Positions 41,374 through 51,371 of a stretch of 64,000 bases of DNA are shown piece by piece (position 1 is the first letter of the stretch; every line of letters starts with the position of its first letter). The notes beneath the pieces were generated by a model. That model ran no database searches. It was given only the letters and a program-made list of their open reading frames with translations, and was not told the origin of the DNA. Made by a program: the position numbers and the translations under genes. Where the stretch lies: the IMG/VR virus record IMGVR_UViG_3300029441_000005, positions 1 through 64,000 of that record; one strand, written 5' to 3'. The DNA comes from a virus.

Positions 41374-43135
41374 TGATTATGAGTGTTATGTTATCCGAAC
41401 TGATAGTGGGGATATTGTAGTTGTGAGGAATCAGGTCTATCAATCTGCCGTTGCTTCCCATCGGTTGGGTGGTTAATTGATATACTGTTCCGTTTTCGTA
41501 GTTTGCATTTTCAACCGGTAAGTTGATTGTAAGGCTGAACTTTGACTTGGTCAGAGTTACCTCGAGAGGTTTACCATATTGACCAGAGTATAGAGCATTA
41601 CCCGACAAGTCCTTGTTAGCATACACCTTGTAGAAGGCATTGCCGTTTTCTATTACGGTCTGTATGTAACAATTCTCAAAATCAAATTCCGGAGTAGAGG
41701 CTGTAAATGATATCATCTTGAAGTAGGTGATATTCAGTGCGGGCACTAATACTATCTCTTCCGTATTCTGAGAGTTGATATTTATGGCTATCGGGTACGG
41801 CAGTAAGTACAGCTCGGTTATGGTAAGGAAATCAACCATGGGCTGATTATCCATGAGAGCATACAAGTCAGACTGTCTTACCGGTTTATTGATATCAGAG
41901 TTCTGATAGTTATAAGCGTCCAACAATGCTTTCTTTACCTGGTTGCTTATATCTATGGATTTGAAAGACTTCCTACCAGTAATTTCAGCCGAAAGGTAAA
42001 TCTTGGCTGCATGTGTAGAATACACACTTACTCGAGTGGTTAACACCTTAGAAAATTCCATCCTTTGCTTTACATTGTTAATAAGCTCGGTGCTTGCTTC
42101 TGAACCACCATCTGGAGTGATATATACTTCTACATATTTTCCACAGATGTAGTTACAGTAAGCTTTATCTACTCCATCTATTAACATGGCTATGGCCTCA
42201 TAATCTTCTTTGGTGATGGCCACTCCCAGAGTCTTAATACTTAATGGTATATGCTCTTTGAGGGTATCAAAATCCTCATAGTCAGAGCCCCCGGTAGCAG
42301 CTATAGTATTGGTTAGAGTAAGGCCAGAAGTTACATCGGTCATTACATCTGGAACTTTGTCGAATTGGTTTGCCGGTATATTACCGTTTGCACCATACGT
42401 AAGATAGTACTGCCCCTTGATGAGTGAACCTATGGTTGGTTTCCTACCAAACTGACCATCACCAAATACCAGGTACGGAGTGAGAGTAGTATCAAGTTCT
42501 ACCTTGTACACCTTATCACCAGAACCTGAATAAGCAAAAGTATTCACCAAGGTCCAAGCTTCTCCACCAATAGTAAGTACCATAGAACCTTCTACATACT
42601 TCTTATCCATGGGCAAATCTCCCAAGGTTATGATAATGTCATGAGAAGTATAAGTACCCAGTTCTACTTCCTCCACAGCCTCCTTTTGAGCTACTGGTAC
42701 TTTATAAGTATAAGTACCCCTTTTGATAGTTACATTACGAGTATTTATCCACTGTTTACCATCCTTTGAATTAAAAATGGTGTTCTGCGGTACTTGTATA
42801 TCTACAGGGAAAGGACTTCCATCTTGCATGTAAACAGTTAAGTCTACTGAAGAGGGGATGGCTGATTTTATATGATAATCCACCAGCTTAGCATGTTTGT
42901 ACAGAGATGAATACCTTCGACAAGTTGGGAGGAAAGCTTCCCTTGCCATACCGTCGATGTAGTAATGTATTACCTCGGCAATACCTGCAAATATTGAGAG
43001 TGTAAGGATGAAGATATTACCTTCACTCATATCCGTTATCTCTGGAACCCTTTCATTCAGAGATTGAATCAGTTTGGCTTTTATGTCATTATATGACCTC
43101 TGAAAAGGGGTGAGCCAAGGGTTGCTAGTAGACAT
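41360..43135 (-). CDS. baseplate wedge protein, gpJ / T4 gp6-like
   Basis: 591 aa, lying immediately after the gp25-like gene in the conserved V-W-J-I order. Confidence 0.6.
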   Translation of the reverse strand: MSTSNPWLTPFQRSYNDIKAKLIQSLNERVPEITDMSEGNIFILTLSIFAGIAEVIHYYIDGMAREAFLPTCRRYSSLYKHAKLVDYHIKSAIPSSVDLTVYMQDGSPFPVDIQVPQNTIFNSKDGKQWINTRNVTIKRGTYTYKVPVAQKEAVEEVELGTYTSHDIIITLGDLPMDKKYVEGSMVLTIGGEAWTLVNTFAYSGSGDKVYKVELDTTLTPYLVFGDGQFGRKPTIGSLIKGQYYLTYGANGNIPANQFDKVPDVMTDVTSGLTLTNTIAATGGSDYEDFDTLKEHIPLSIKTLGVAITKEDYEAIAMLIDGVDKAYCNYICGKYVEVYITPDGGSEASTELINNVKQRMEFSKVLTTRVSVYSTHAAKIYLSAEITGRKSFKSIDISNQVKKALLDAYNYQNSDINKPVRQSDLYALMDNQPMVDFLTITELYLLPYPIAININSQNTEEIVLVPALNITYFKMISFTASTPEFDFENCYIQTVIENGNAFYKVYANKDLSGNALYSGQYGKPLEVTLTKSKFSLTINLPVENANYENGTVYQLTTQPMGSNGRLIDLIPHNYNIPTISSDNITLIINEVV

Positions 43136-43601
43136 TTGTTGTAGAGTTATTTAAGTTATACTGAAAGTTTAACTCTTCTACCCTTTGAGAGTTCTGTACC
43201 TTGAAATATATCAAGAGTCTTATAGATTCCTTGGTGGGTTTCAGAGCGAATACCTTTAATGCAGTTATCCGAGGTTCCCAAGCTGCTATGCCATCCTTCA
43301 CGAAATTTTTAATCATGAGATTGAGAGCACTGGTGTTAGGTTCTTCCAAACATTCCCAAGTTCGAGAACCAAAGTCCTCTTGCCTGAACCTTTGGCCTAT
43401 CTGATAGGTTAGGATAGCTGTGAGATTCTGCTTTATTAAAGCAACATCCCCTCGGAGTATATACCACCCTATCTTTGGTACTACTCTTCCATCTGGCAGC
43501 TGTACTGATTCTGGTTTCCCATCACTCCCGAGGGCTTGTTCAAGCTTTATCGGGAAATAGGCACCACTACCAATAGTGTTGAGTTGATTATAGTTTGCCA
43601 T
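43125..43601 (-). CDS. baseplate wedge protein gpW / T4 gp25-like
   Basis: GSGAYFPIKL..., IKQNLTAILTYQIGQRFRQEDFGSRTWECLEEPN and AAWEPRI are the GPW/gp25 signature. Confidence 0.8.
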   Translation of the reverse strand: MANYNQLNTIGSGAYFPIKLEQALGSDGKPESVQLPDGRVVPKIGWYILRGDVALIKQNLTAILTYQIGQRFRQEDFGSRTWECLEEPNTSALNLMIKNFVKDGIAAWEPRITALKVFALKPTKESIRLLIYFKVQNSQRVEELNFQYNLNNSTTNVY

Positions 43602-44296
43602 TAGTTAGGTTGTTTAATTGTTTCACTTTCAATATCCTCCACCTTGGTCTCTTCCAATTTAGAACCAGCCCAAGATGCAGCAGCAGTCTTCAAAGCACCA
43701 CCACCGTCCTGAGGTTTAGGTACCCAGTTAGTAAATGTCTGCTTTATTTTATTTAGGTCTTGCTCAATTTTATTTAACCTCCCTACTACCGAATTGGATT
43801 CAGGAATACCAACTTCTCCCCCCTGCATTATAATGTTATTCGCATCGACGTTTATGTTACCGTCTAGAGACTTAACAATTATATCTTGTTGGATTATTGC
43901 AGTTAATACTCCCGATTCACTTTCATCCAGTATAATCCTATTGCCTTTGGGTGTAATAAACCCAAGTACATGGGGTTTGTCTAAGTCAGGAGGCATCTCT
44001 CCGATTGCCCAGCCATGATAAGACCAGAGGGGGTGTCTTGGGTCTCCATTTTCAAATTCTACATATACTATAGAACCTTCACGAGGAGATAACCATTTGA
44101 ATCCAGAACCAGGACCTCCTTGTTGATGCTTAGGATAGGCCCATACTTCTACACCTCTTAGTATACTCGGGAGATGTACACATACCTTGTTTTGAGAGTC
44201 AGGGTCATTAGAAGTTATTACTATACCTCGATAGGTAGAATAGAATCTTCCAATGGCCTCTATACCTCTTTGTTGAATTATTTCGTATAAGGTCAT
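43601..44296 (-). CDS. baseplate spike, gpV / gp5 OB-fold
   Basis: YRGIVITSNDPDSQNKVCVHLPSIL...VWAYP...REGSIVYVEFENGDPRHPLW is the classical gpV/VgrG OB-fold motif. Confidence 0.8.
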   Translation of the reverse strand: MTLYEIIQQRGIEAIGRFYSTYRGIVITSNDPDSQNKVCVHLPSILRGVEVWAYPKHQQGGPGSGFKWLSPREGSIVYVEFENGDPRHPLWSYHGWAIGEMPPDLDKPHVLGFITPKGNRIILDESESGVLTAIIQQDIIVKSLDGNINVDANNIIMQGGEVGIPESNSVVGRLNKIEQDLNKIKQTFTNWVPKPQDGGGALKTAAASWAGSKLEETKVEDIESETIKQPN

Positions 44297-45939
44297 TATT
44301 CTCTTGGGCTTATGTTCCTACCTACTTGAAAGTCAATTCTTGAATCTACCTCTACTTTATAATCAGCAGGGTTGTCGGGGTTCTGACGTACCACAATTTG
44401 ACGACCAGCTCTTTGAGGATTCTCCTTGTCCTCTTCTGTCCAAGTTGAAGCTCGGTATCTAGCCACCTCAGCCTTAATCTTACTTGGTATTTTCCAAGCA
44501 CCCGTAGTATAAGACTCTTCAGCTATGTCATGAGCTTTTTGGAATACTTCCTGAGTATTGACAGAAGTAGATATTCGATTCAGTATAGAGTTACGTGACT
44601 TCTTCTCAAAAGTAACCTCAGTGAAATATCCCCCGGTATCAAAGCTATGTTCAACCTCTTTTGCATACCAGTCACCAGAGTACTTTTTACCGACATTCTT
44701 TATCTCAATGATTTGAGAAGACTTCATATCGGGGTTACCAACGAACTTGGCTTTTGCTTTAATTTGACTATTCACCGATTCGATGATGTCATTAGACATG
44801 AAGCTTCCCATGGTTGTGAATAAAGGGTCAGCTACTACTCGTACACCTGGTACTTGTATTTCTAATTCCATTTCGGCTAATACCTTAGAACGGTCTGAAC
44901 CGGGATGGTCATAAGGATAATCTCCGTAAGGTCTCTCCTGAGAAGACCCCTGGATGACCAAGCTTACATCGGTTCTCTTCTTCAAAGCATTGTAACCTTG
45001 TCTCCATCGATTTTGCCACTGAGCTGTGCTACTGTTAGGAGCATAATCTATGGGATTCAGCTTTACCAACACCTTTCTCCGAATGACAAAGTTAGATACC
45101 TCATCTGGTGGTGGTGGAAGACTTACATCAGTTTTACCTGAACGTATTGCATCTTCGAACCCCTTAAGTCCATCTTGATACTTTTTCCACTCGGCTTCTA
45201 TCTGAGAATTGTAAGCTTTAACTTCATCCTCAGTTAATGAGGGATTTGAAGCTATCTTCTGTTTAGCATCAGTTACAGAGTTATATACTGGAGGCTTTTT
45301 AGAAGAATTGTTTACCTGACGACATGTAGAGGTACTTGGTATTATAGCCCTTTCGAACTTTGCCATACGAGTAACATCTCTTGGCTCCATAAGTATCTCA
45401 GGCTTATTCCTTCTAACATAAGCATCCGGCTTACATGGGTCATCGTTGGTAGGTATACATTGAACTACCTCTGTTTCCACAGTTTTAGTATCAGGGTCTA
45501 TACTTGAAGCTTTACCAGCTTCTATACTTTGTACGTATTTAGTTTGAACCCTGAACTCTAACAGTTCTCCAGTTCCACCAGCATAGGTATATGCAAATAC
45601 CGTTTTACCTGACTGCTTTCCATTGTGTATCTCTATCTTGTTATCACGAGTGTCTACAAAGTTAGGACCTCCTGGCATAGCCTTAACTATACCCACTAAC
45701 TGAGAGTATTTGTTTAAGAATGTAGCCGAACCTGCAATTACAGTACCTTCTGCAAATGTGGCCGGTATCATCTTTAACTTATATCTATCAGGGTCCTGAG
45801 CAGGTTTAGAAAGGTTCTCTGGAGTCAATTCAAGTATTTTTACTCCTACTAACCCATCATCTATCTCCTCAGAGTTTTGTATTTTTGTATAACAAGGTAA
45901 GCAAGGCTTACTTTTCTCTTTGCTCTGTTTTGCCATCAC
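44296..45939 (-). CDS. baseplate hub-type protein (gpD / gp27 position)
   Basis: 547 aa, between the LysM protein and the spike gene. The assignment rests on gene order only. Confidence 0.4.
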   Translation of the reverse strand: MMAKQSKEKSKPCLPCYTKIQNSEEIDDGLVGVKILELTPENLSKPAQDPDRYKLKMIPATFAEGTVIAGSATFLNKYSQLVGIVKAMPGGPNFVDTRDNKIEIHNGKQSGKTVFAYTYAGGTGELLEFRVQTKYVQSIEAGKASSIDPDTKTVETEVVQCIPTNDDPCKPDAYVRRNKPEILMEPRDVTRMAKFERAIIPSTSTCRQVNNSSKKPPVYNSVTDAKQKIASNPSLTEDEVKAYNSQIEAEWKKYQDGLKGFEDAIRSGKTDVSLPPPPDEVSNFVIRRKVLVKLNPIDYAPNSSTAQWQNRWRQGYNALKKRTDVSLVIQGSSQERPYGDYPYDHPGSDRSKVLAEMELEIQVPGVRVVADPLFTTMGSFMSNDIIESVNSQIKAKAKFVGNPDMKSSQIIEIKNVGKKYSGDWYAKEVEHSFDTGGYFTEVTFEKKSRNSILNRISTSVNTQEVFQKAHDIAEESYTTGAWKIPSKIKAEVARYRASTWTEEDKENPQRAGRQIVVRQNPDNPADYKVEVDSRIDFQVGRNISPRE

Positions 45940-46462
45940 ATGGTTGATTATCGGTTATTACCAGAGCTGTACCAGCTTTCTGAGAGTAATCCGTTACAAT
46001 TAAAGGCATCTTACCCAAGGCTAATTCCTTGAATACCTCCAAGTACTCGGTTTTATTACCCACAAATTTTGAAGGTTCGGCTTCCAAGAACATCTTTGCA
46101 TCAGCAAATTCTATGGTAAACTTTACTCCCTCTGGTGTAAACTCTATCTGATGACTCTTTATGTTGACCAATCTTACAGGACCGGATTTGAAAGAGCTGT
46201 CACTGAATATCCATCCCCACTGTATCTTCAAGGGCATCTTGAATTGTAAAGAGGGATGGTCCACTATTCCTACAAAGTCAGTTACTATAGTAAACTTACC
46301 TTTGTCTCCTTTACCTTCTGTGTACTTGTAGTTGAAGTTCTCGACTTCCATACCGATGGGAATGCCATTGAACTCGTCCATAATAGGAGAGCCAGCTCCA
46401 TCGAATATGGCAAGGTATGGAGTACCATTACCGTTTACGAGAATGGGTTTACTATCCTCCAT
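45908..46462 (-). CDS. tail/baseplate protein
   Basis: 184-aa ORF in the baseplate module. Confidence 0.45.
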   Translation of the reverse strand: MEDSKPILVNGNGTPYLAIFDGAGSPIMDEFNGIPIGMEVENFNYKYTEGKGDKGKFTIVTDFVGIVDHPSLQFKMPLKIQWGWIFSDSSFKSGPVRLVNIKSHQIEFTPEGVKFTIEFADAKMFLEAEPSKFVGNKTEYLEVFKELALGKMPLIVTDYSQKAGTALVITDNQPCDGKTEQREK

Positions 46463-46724
46463 AATTCGGTATGATTAACTCCATATCCTCATGAACATCT
46501 TCGAAAGGATTGAGAATATCATTGGCATCCGCAATTACTCCCCACATTCCAGAATCTCCATAGTATTTGAAGGCGATGTTTTGGATTGTTTCTCCTTCAA
46601 GTACCGAATGAATTATATGGTCTGAAGATATTGCAGATATATTCCTTTCCAAAGATACATCCCCGTCTGGGAACTTTATTACATAACTGTCCTCATAGGG
46701 ACTTGTTCCTGGGATAGTAACCAT
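46452..46724 (-). CDS. LysM-like tail protein (P2 gpX-like)
   Basis: VLEGETIQNIAFKYYGDSGMWGVIADANDI...MELIIP is a LysM-type motif. Confidence 0.6.
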   Translation of the reverse strand: MVTIPGTSPYEDSYVIKFPDGDVSLERNISAISSDHIIHSVLEGETIQNIAFKYYGDSGMWGVIADANDILNPFEDVHEDMELIIPNYGG

Positions 46725-46730
46725 AAGTAT

Positions 46731-47720
46731 TTAATTTTGTGTGCCTACTCTCTCCGTATCGGAGTTTTCTAGAGAATTTACTTCCCCACCATCATAGATT
46801 ACTCCAGGCGTATACTGCAACTTACTAGCAGGGATTATTTCTTCCCAAGTCCGATTGTTTTTAGTTACCCTTTTGAAGGTGAGTGTTTGGGTTGCACAAT
46901 TAGGTAGTAGCTTAAGGTCAAAAGGTTGACTTACAGTACTTGCAATCCTCTGACCAGTCTCTGGGTCATTATCATACCTTTTCCTCATACGAGCTGCATT
47001 TTGAAAATGAGTTAATTCATATGGAGCTGAAGCTAGTATGAAAAGGTCGTCTTCAAATAATCCAGAATTACCCCACTGAATTCTTAGGGTAGGGGGTGAT
47101 GCAGAATAACCGTCAGCTCTTGCCCAGGATTCGAGCAATCTACATTTATTCACCACATCGTCTCTGTGTTCAGCATCTACTGAATACCAAGAGATGTCGA
47201 ATGTTATTGTATCTTCTCCTCCAGTGTAGAAATAAAAGGGGTTATTACGTCCCATGGATTTAACTGCAGCCCAAGTAGCATTAGGTTCTACTCGTAATCT
47301 GTCAGGCCTGTTTTGAATCACTAAACTTACAGCGGGTGATACATTCAGGTTAGCAATAACAATGTCGTTCTTTATCAGTTCAGAAGTCAACTTGTTTGCT
47401 ACAGTATAATCTATGGACTTAGCCTTCAAAATCTGTTCAGGAGAAACCCCAGCTGTTTCAGCAGCTATACGATTCTGAGTCCAAGGGTCCTGAGCCTGAG
47501 CTAAAGAGAACGAACCCTTTCGGGCTACATGCAGATTCTTTGCGTCATAGGCTTTACCCATCTTATTGGGTTCTGCCTTAGCCATTGGAGAAGTAGCCCT
47601 GTTTATGAGTATCAGGGCTCTCCATACTTTATTGAGAGGAGATTGGAATATCCTCCCTTGCTCAAGGTCAACTACTTCTTGAGCTACTTTTCCTAAAGGT
47701 TTTCCTATGAGCGATGCCAT
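46731..47720 (-). CDS. tail protein downstream of the tape measure
   Basis: 329-aa ORF. The role is suggested by position only. Confidence 0.45.
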   Translation of the reverse strand: MASLIGKPLGKVAQEVVDLEQGRIFQSPLNKVWRALILINRATSPMAKAEPNKMGKAYDAKNLHVARKGSFSLAQAQDPWTQNRIAAETAGVSPEQILKAKSIDYTVANKLTSELIKNDIVIANLNVSPAVSLVIQNRPDRLRVEPNATWAAVKSMGRNNPFYFYTGGEDTITFDISWYSVDAEHRDDVVNKCRLLESWARADGYSASPPTLRIQWGNSGLFEDDLFILASAPYELTHFQNAARMRKRYDNDPETGQRIASTVSQPFDLKLLPNCATQTLTFKRVTKNNRTWEEIIPASKLQYTPGVIYDGGEVNSLENSDTERVGTQN

Positions 47721-47726
47721 GATTTA

Positions 47727-49817
47727 TTAGTTTACTCCAGCAGCTACATTTATCTCTGAATCTCTTTCACCAAGGTACTCTTCCAGGAACTTCTTACCAT
47801 CCATATTGATAGTTAAGTGAGTACCTCTATTTTCCCGATTGTTGAGCTTATCAGTATAAACTCCGAGCATCTGTACTAACCACCGTATCTCTTGGATAGT
47901 TAACATTTGGAGATTATCCTTTTGTTTATAACCCTCTCGGCTGGCTTTGATAGCAGATGCCAGGTCATTTGTAGCCCTGGTATTTTCATCTTGAGCAGAC
48001 TTGTTACCTTTAATAGCACTGTATATCATGGGCCCAAATATGGATATACCAGTAATAGCTAACCCAAGTGGACCTCCGAATAACCCGAGTAATCTAGAAC
48101 CAAATCCCAGTATGCCTCTACCCACAGAAGCCAAAGCTCCTCGGGATGCCGCACCTGCTGCTGCCCCTGCAGCGGTACCCATTAAACCCCGAGTCATCTG
48201 ACCCGCATTAGTAGTAGTAACCATTGCAGCAGGTACTGGAGTCCATCCAGAAGCTCCTCTACCAGTTTGGGCATAGTATCTACCATTGGCTCCCATTTTT
48301 GCTGGAATATTACCATTATAGAAATAACCGGGTAATCCAGCCATACCCGCAACGGTAGCCGCACTTGCTCCGATACCAGCCTTCCTTTGAGCTATGATGG
48401 CTCTTTCCATGTTTAAGTAACCCTGAGCAGACATAGTGGCTTGAGACCAGCCGCCCATCATTAACCTTATCATGGTTTTGAAGGATACTTGAGAGTCACC
48501 ATTCAGTAATAACCAACGTGCTCTCAGTCCCATCCAAATAGAACCTATCTTTAAACCAACTGCAGCTATAGCAGCAAATCCCGCTATCCATGGACCAAAT
48601 GGAGTTGCCATTAGGTCACGAAGCTGAGATATGGCCCAACCGAGCATATCCAGAAATCCCATTATAATAGGATTCTTACCCAGGGCTTCACTGAAAGTAG
48701 TCATAAGGTTCTCGGCAGCAGATTGGATAATATCAATTTTACCTGCAAGGGTTTCCATTCGTTTCCCTACTACCTCTTCAGCAAATCCCGCAGAATTGTT
48801 TTGTATCTTATTTAACAGGTCAAAGTAACTTTCAGTATCACGCATGATTGCAACTGCAGCACGCATACCACGTACACCGAAGATACTCTTGAATACGGCA
48901 TTCTGGTCTACAGTTGATAAACCTTGAGTAGCTTCACCAATCTTCTCCAGAATTACTGCAAAATCCTGAAGGTCTCCGTTAGCATCTACAAAATCCTGTT
49001 TTCCCAGTCCTAACTTGGCTAAAGCCTTAGCTCCCTTGAAGTTAGGGTTGGTTAATGACTGAGTCAAGTAGTCTGCCATGTTTCTTATAGAAGTACCTGC
49101 CATAGAACCCTGAATACCTGCATTACCCAGAGTACCTATCATGGCAGCTACTTGTGGTAACTGCTGTCTCAGAGTTACCATGGATGCAGCTGAGTATTTT
49201 ATAGATTCAGCTAAGTCTGCCATGGATACATTTGATGACATAGCCGCCTTAGTAAGCTGGTCTCCAACTACATTAGCTGCATTTTGACCCTCTAATTTGA
49301 AGGTCCTCATAATATTGGTCAGTAAGTCAGCTGTGCCTCCTTTACCTCCCAACTCCATGCCCGTGGCATTAGCCATCATGGCTGCACCAGATATCATTTG
49401 CTGAATCTGGTTTGCATCATTACCTGCCATTGCCAAGTATTTCATACCTGAAGCTATATCCCTTGACATGAACATGGTCCTTAAACCTAATGTTTGGGCA
49501 GTTTCGGATAACCCAGACATTTGATTTTCGGTAGCTCCAGATATAACTCCCACTGAAGTCATCATGTCTATGAAATCAGCTCCGGTTTCGATAGTAGTGG
49601 TTAATGTTGATACTATCGAACTGGCCACACCACTGGCTATATTAGCGTACGACTGAACTGCGGTTAAGTTAGCCTGTACAGCATTTTTAGCATCCCTATG
49701 TAAACCTCTGATAACTGAGCTAGCTTCCCTTGCTTGGTTTGAAAACCTATCTTGAAGGACAAGAGCCACACCTATCTCGAGTTGTCCTGCAGAAGGACTA
49801 CCACTTGTAAAAGCCAT
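47727..49817 (-). CDS. tail tape measure protein
   Basis: 696 aa. It is alpha-helical and Ala/Gly/Met-rich, with hydrophobic Gly-rich C-terminal segments. It lies after the frameshifting chaperone gene. Confidence 0.8.
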   Translation of the reverse strand: MAFTSGSPSAGQLEIGVALVLQDRFSNQAREASSVIRGLHRDAKNAVQANLTAVQSYANIASGVASSIVSTLTTTIETGADFIDMMTSVGVISGATENQMSGLSETAQTLGLRTMFMSRDIASGMKYLAMAGNDANQIQQMISGAAMMANATGMELGGKGGTADLLTNIMRTFKLEGQNAANVVGDQLTKAAMSSNVSMADLAESIKYSAASMVTLRQQLPQVAAMIGTLGNAGIQGSMAGTSIRNMADYLTQSLTNPNFKGAKALAKLGLGKQDFVDANGDLQDFAVILEKIGEATQGLSTVDQNAVFKSIFGVRGMRAAVAIMRDTESYFDLLNKIQNNSAGFAEEVVGKRMETLAGKIDIIQSAAENLMTTFSEALGKNPIIMGFLDMLGWAISQLRDLMATPFGPWIAGFAAIAAVGLKIGSIWMGLRARWLLLNGDSQVSFKTMIRLMMGGWSQATMSAQGYLNMERAIIAQRKAGIGASAATVAGMAGLPGYFYNGNIPAKMGANGRYYAQTGRGASGWTPVPAAMVTTTNAGQMTRGLMGTAAGAAAGAASRGALASVGRGILGFGSRLLGLFGGPLGLAITGISIFGPMIYSAIKGNKSAQDENTRATNDLASAIKASREGYKQKDNLQMLTIQEIRWLVQMLGVYTDKLNNRENRGTHLTINMDGKKFLEEYLGERDSEINVAAGVN

Positions 49818-49833
49818 ATAGTTTCAGATTTAT

Positions 49834-49874
49834 CGAACAAAAGAGAGCTGCCCTACTTTCCTTTGGGCAGCTCT
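49834..49874 (-). terminator. 10-bp hairpin upstream of the tape measure gene (attenuator or RNA-stability element)
   Basis: agagctgccc / gggcagctct (49844-49874), followed on the minus strand by CTTTTGTT. The stop codon of the frameshift extension lies at the junction of the hairpin's 5' arm and loop. Confidence 0.4.
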
Positions 49875-50790
49875 TTCTCAAGGGCATTGTAATATGCTTC
49901 GGCGGCTTCTATAAATTTCTTCCTTCGCCGCCAGGGGAGCTTTGCTAGAGTGTTAAAGTCAATACTAATATTAGCTTTAACAATGTATAGATATACATCT
50001 TCTAGTTCTCCCGTGGGTAGAAAAAATTATCTACCGCCATCACTGGTACCATAATCTTCTGTCCCGTTTCGGGGTCTTCGATTTGAGTAGTACCGTGGAA
50101 TAGGGGGTCAAACCCTTTGATAGCAGACCTTATGTCCATCATATCTTTTGGGCTGAACATCCGGAAGTTCTTCACGGGTTCATAGTTGTCACCAACCCTC
50201 AGTTTGAGATTACGAGCGACTAACTCCTGATTTTTGGTACGTTCACTTGCGGGGAGATTTAAGACGTAGGCTTCCCCGCGGGCATTGAGGAGGTCGAAGC
50301 ACATCTCTTTCCCACTTTTAGTAGTGAACTGTATTTCCGAGGTTTGTTTAGGTACTGGGTAGAATGGGATAGCGTTAGGTTTTGCTTCCATCTCTTCCAT
50401 AGTTGGAACTACACCGTAGTCGAAAAGGAACTCTTCCTGAAGGTTTATTTCATAATCTACTTCACGAACTTGACCATCGGCTGGACCATCCCAAGCATAC
50501 CTGAAGTCAAGTATTTCCCCAAGAGAAAACACCCTGGAATTTACCATGATTGCATACCTGTCGAGTGAGGGCATTTTCTGCACATCTTCGGGGGTAAGCA
50601 ATCGAGTTGCTGTTATATCAGTATCAGTTACAATGCCTGCAATGAACTTTGATATGTTCATGAAGGTTTTGGCATCTACCGGATTAGAAAGGATATCATC
50701 ATCCTCTCCATTCTGTTCCCTTATAGTTACCTCGTAACCACTGGGGAGTTTGAAGGTAAGTTTCTTACCATAAAGTGTTTTGTCTTCCAT
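49853..50790 (-). CDS. tail assembly chaperone, -1 frameshift-extended product
   Basis: A shift at 50026-50020 (aaT TTT TTC) opens a 55-codon extension, LPTGELEDVYLYIVKANISIDFNTLAKLPWRRRKKFIEAAEAYYNALEKELPKGK. A TAA closes the -1 frame immediately upstream of the heptamer. Confidence 0.55.
50002..50790 (-). CDS. tail assembly chaperone (0-frame product)
   Basis: 262-aa ORF between the tube and tape measure genes. It carries the slippery heptamer T_TTT_TTC 5 codons before its stop. Confidence 0.6.
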   Translation of the reverse strand: MEDKTLYGKKLTFKLPSGYEVTIREQNGEDDDILSNPVDAKTFMNISKFIAGIVTDTDITATRLLTPEDVQKMPSLDRYAIMVNSRVFSLGEILDFRYAWDGPADGQVREVDYEINLQEEFLFDYGVVPTMEEMEAKPNAIPFYPVPKQTSEIQFTTKSGKEMCFDLLNARGEAYVLNLPASERTKNQELVARNLKLRVGDNYEPVKNFRMFSPKDMMDIRSAIKGFDPLFHGTTQIEDPETGQKIMVPVMAVDNFFYPREN

Positions 50791-50835
50791 GTTGTTGAGT
50801 TGTTAAGTGTATTCTTCTGAATATAGTCTTGGATA

Positions 50836-50869
50836 CGAAAAAGGGAGAGTTCATTGCTGAGCTCTCCCT
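50836..50869 (-). terminator. rho-independent terminator after the tube gene
   Basis: 7-bp stem gggagag/ctctccc (50843-50868), followed on the minus strand by TTTTT. Confidence 0.6.
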
Positions 50870-50882
50870 TGGTGATTCACTA

Positions 50883-51350
50883 TTACAGCTTCTCGCAGGT
50901 GTCTACTGAGAACTCCAAATCCTCCAGAGTGTTGTCCGAACTCATTCGGTCTAAGTCCTGTCCGTTTACCTTGCAAGGCCATACTCCGGTACAAGTCCAG
51001 GAATTAAGGATAGATACTCCATCCTCGGCCAGCTCATTGATAAGTACGGTTTCCTTGTACTGACTTGGGGTTAAACCTCCCCCGAGCAGCATATCCTGTA
51101 CTGACATCAGCCAATCCCATAACCAGGTATCTGAACCAGAAGTTGTCTCCAGCTTAGATGCAGTTAAGTTACCAACTGATACCCTGCCACCGGTCTTTAC
51201 GTCGTAGTTTACATCCCCGTGTGCAACCTGTTCGATACTTATCTCAGGTACAGTTACCTTCTGAAAGAGGAAGGGGTTGATGGGGTGCTTGACAAATATT
51301 ATTTGCCATAAGAACTTCTTCCTCGGGTTTTTTACTTTAGCTCCTGCCAT
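50883..51350 (-). CDS. tail tube protein
   Basis: 155 aa, directly after the sheath gene. The pattern FLWQIIF...FQKVTVPEISIEQV...LWDW fits the T4 gp19-like tube family. Confidence 0.65.
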   Translation of the reverse strand: MAGAKVKNPRKKFLWQIIFVKHPINPFLFQKVTVPEISIEQVAHGDVNYDVKTGGRVSVGNLTASKLETTSGSDTWLWDWLMSVQDMLLGGGLTPSQYKETVLINELAEDGVSILNSWTCTGVWPCKVNGQDLDRMSSDNTLEDLEFSVDTCEKL

Positions 51351-51371
51351 AGTATTTATCGTATTTATTTG

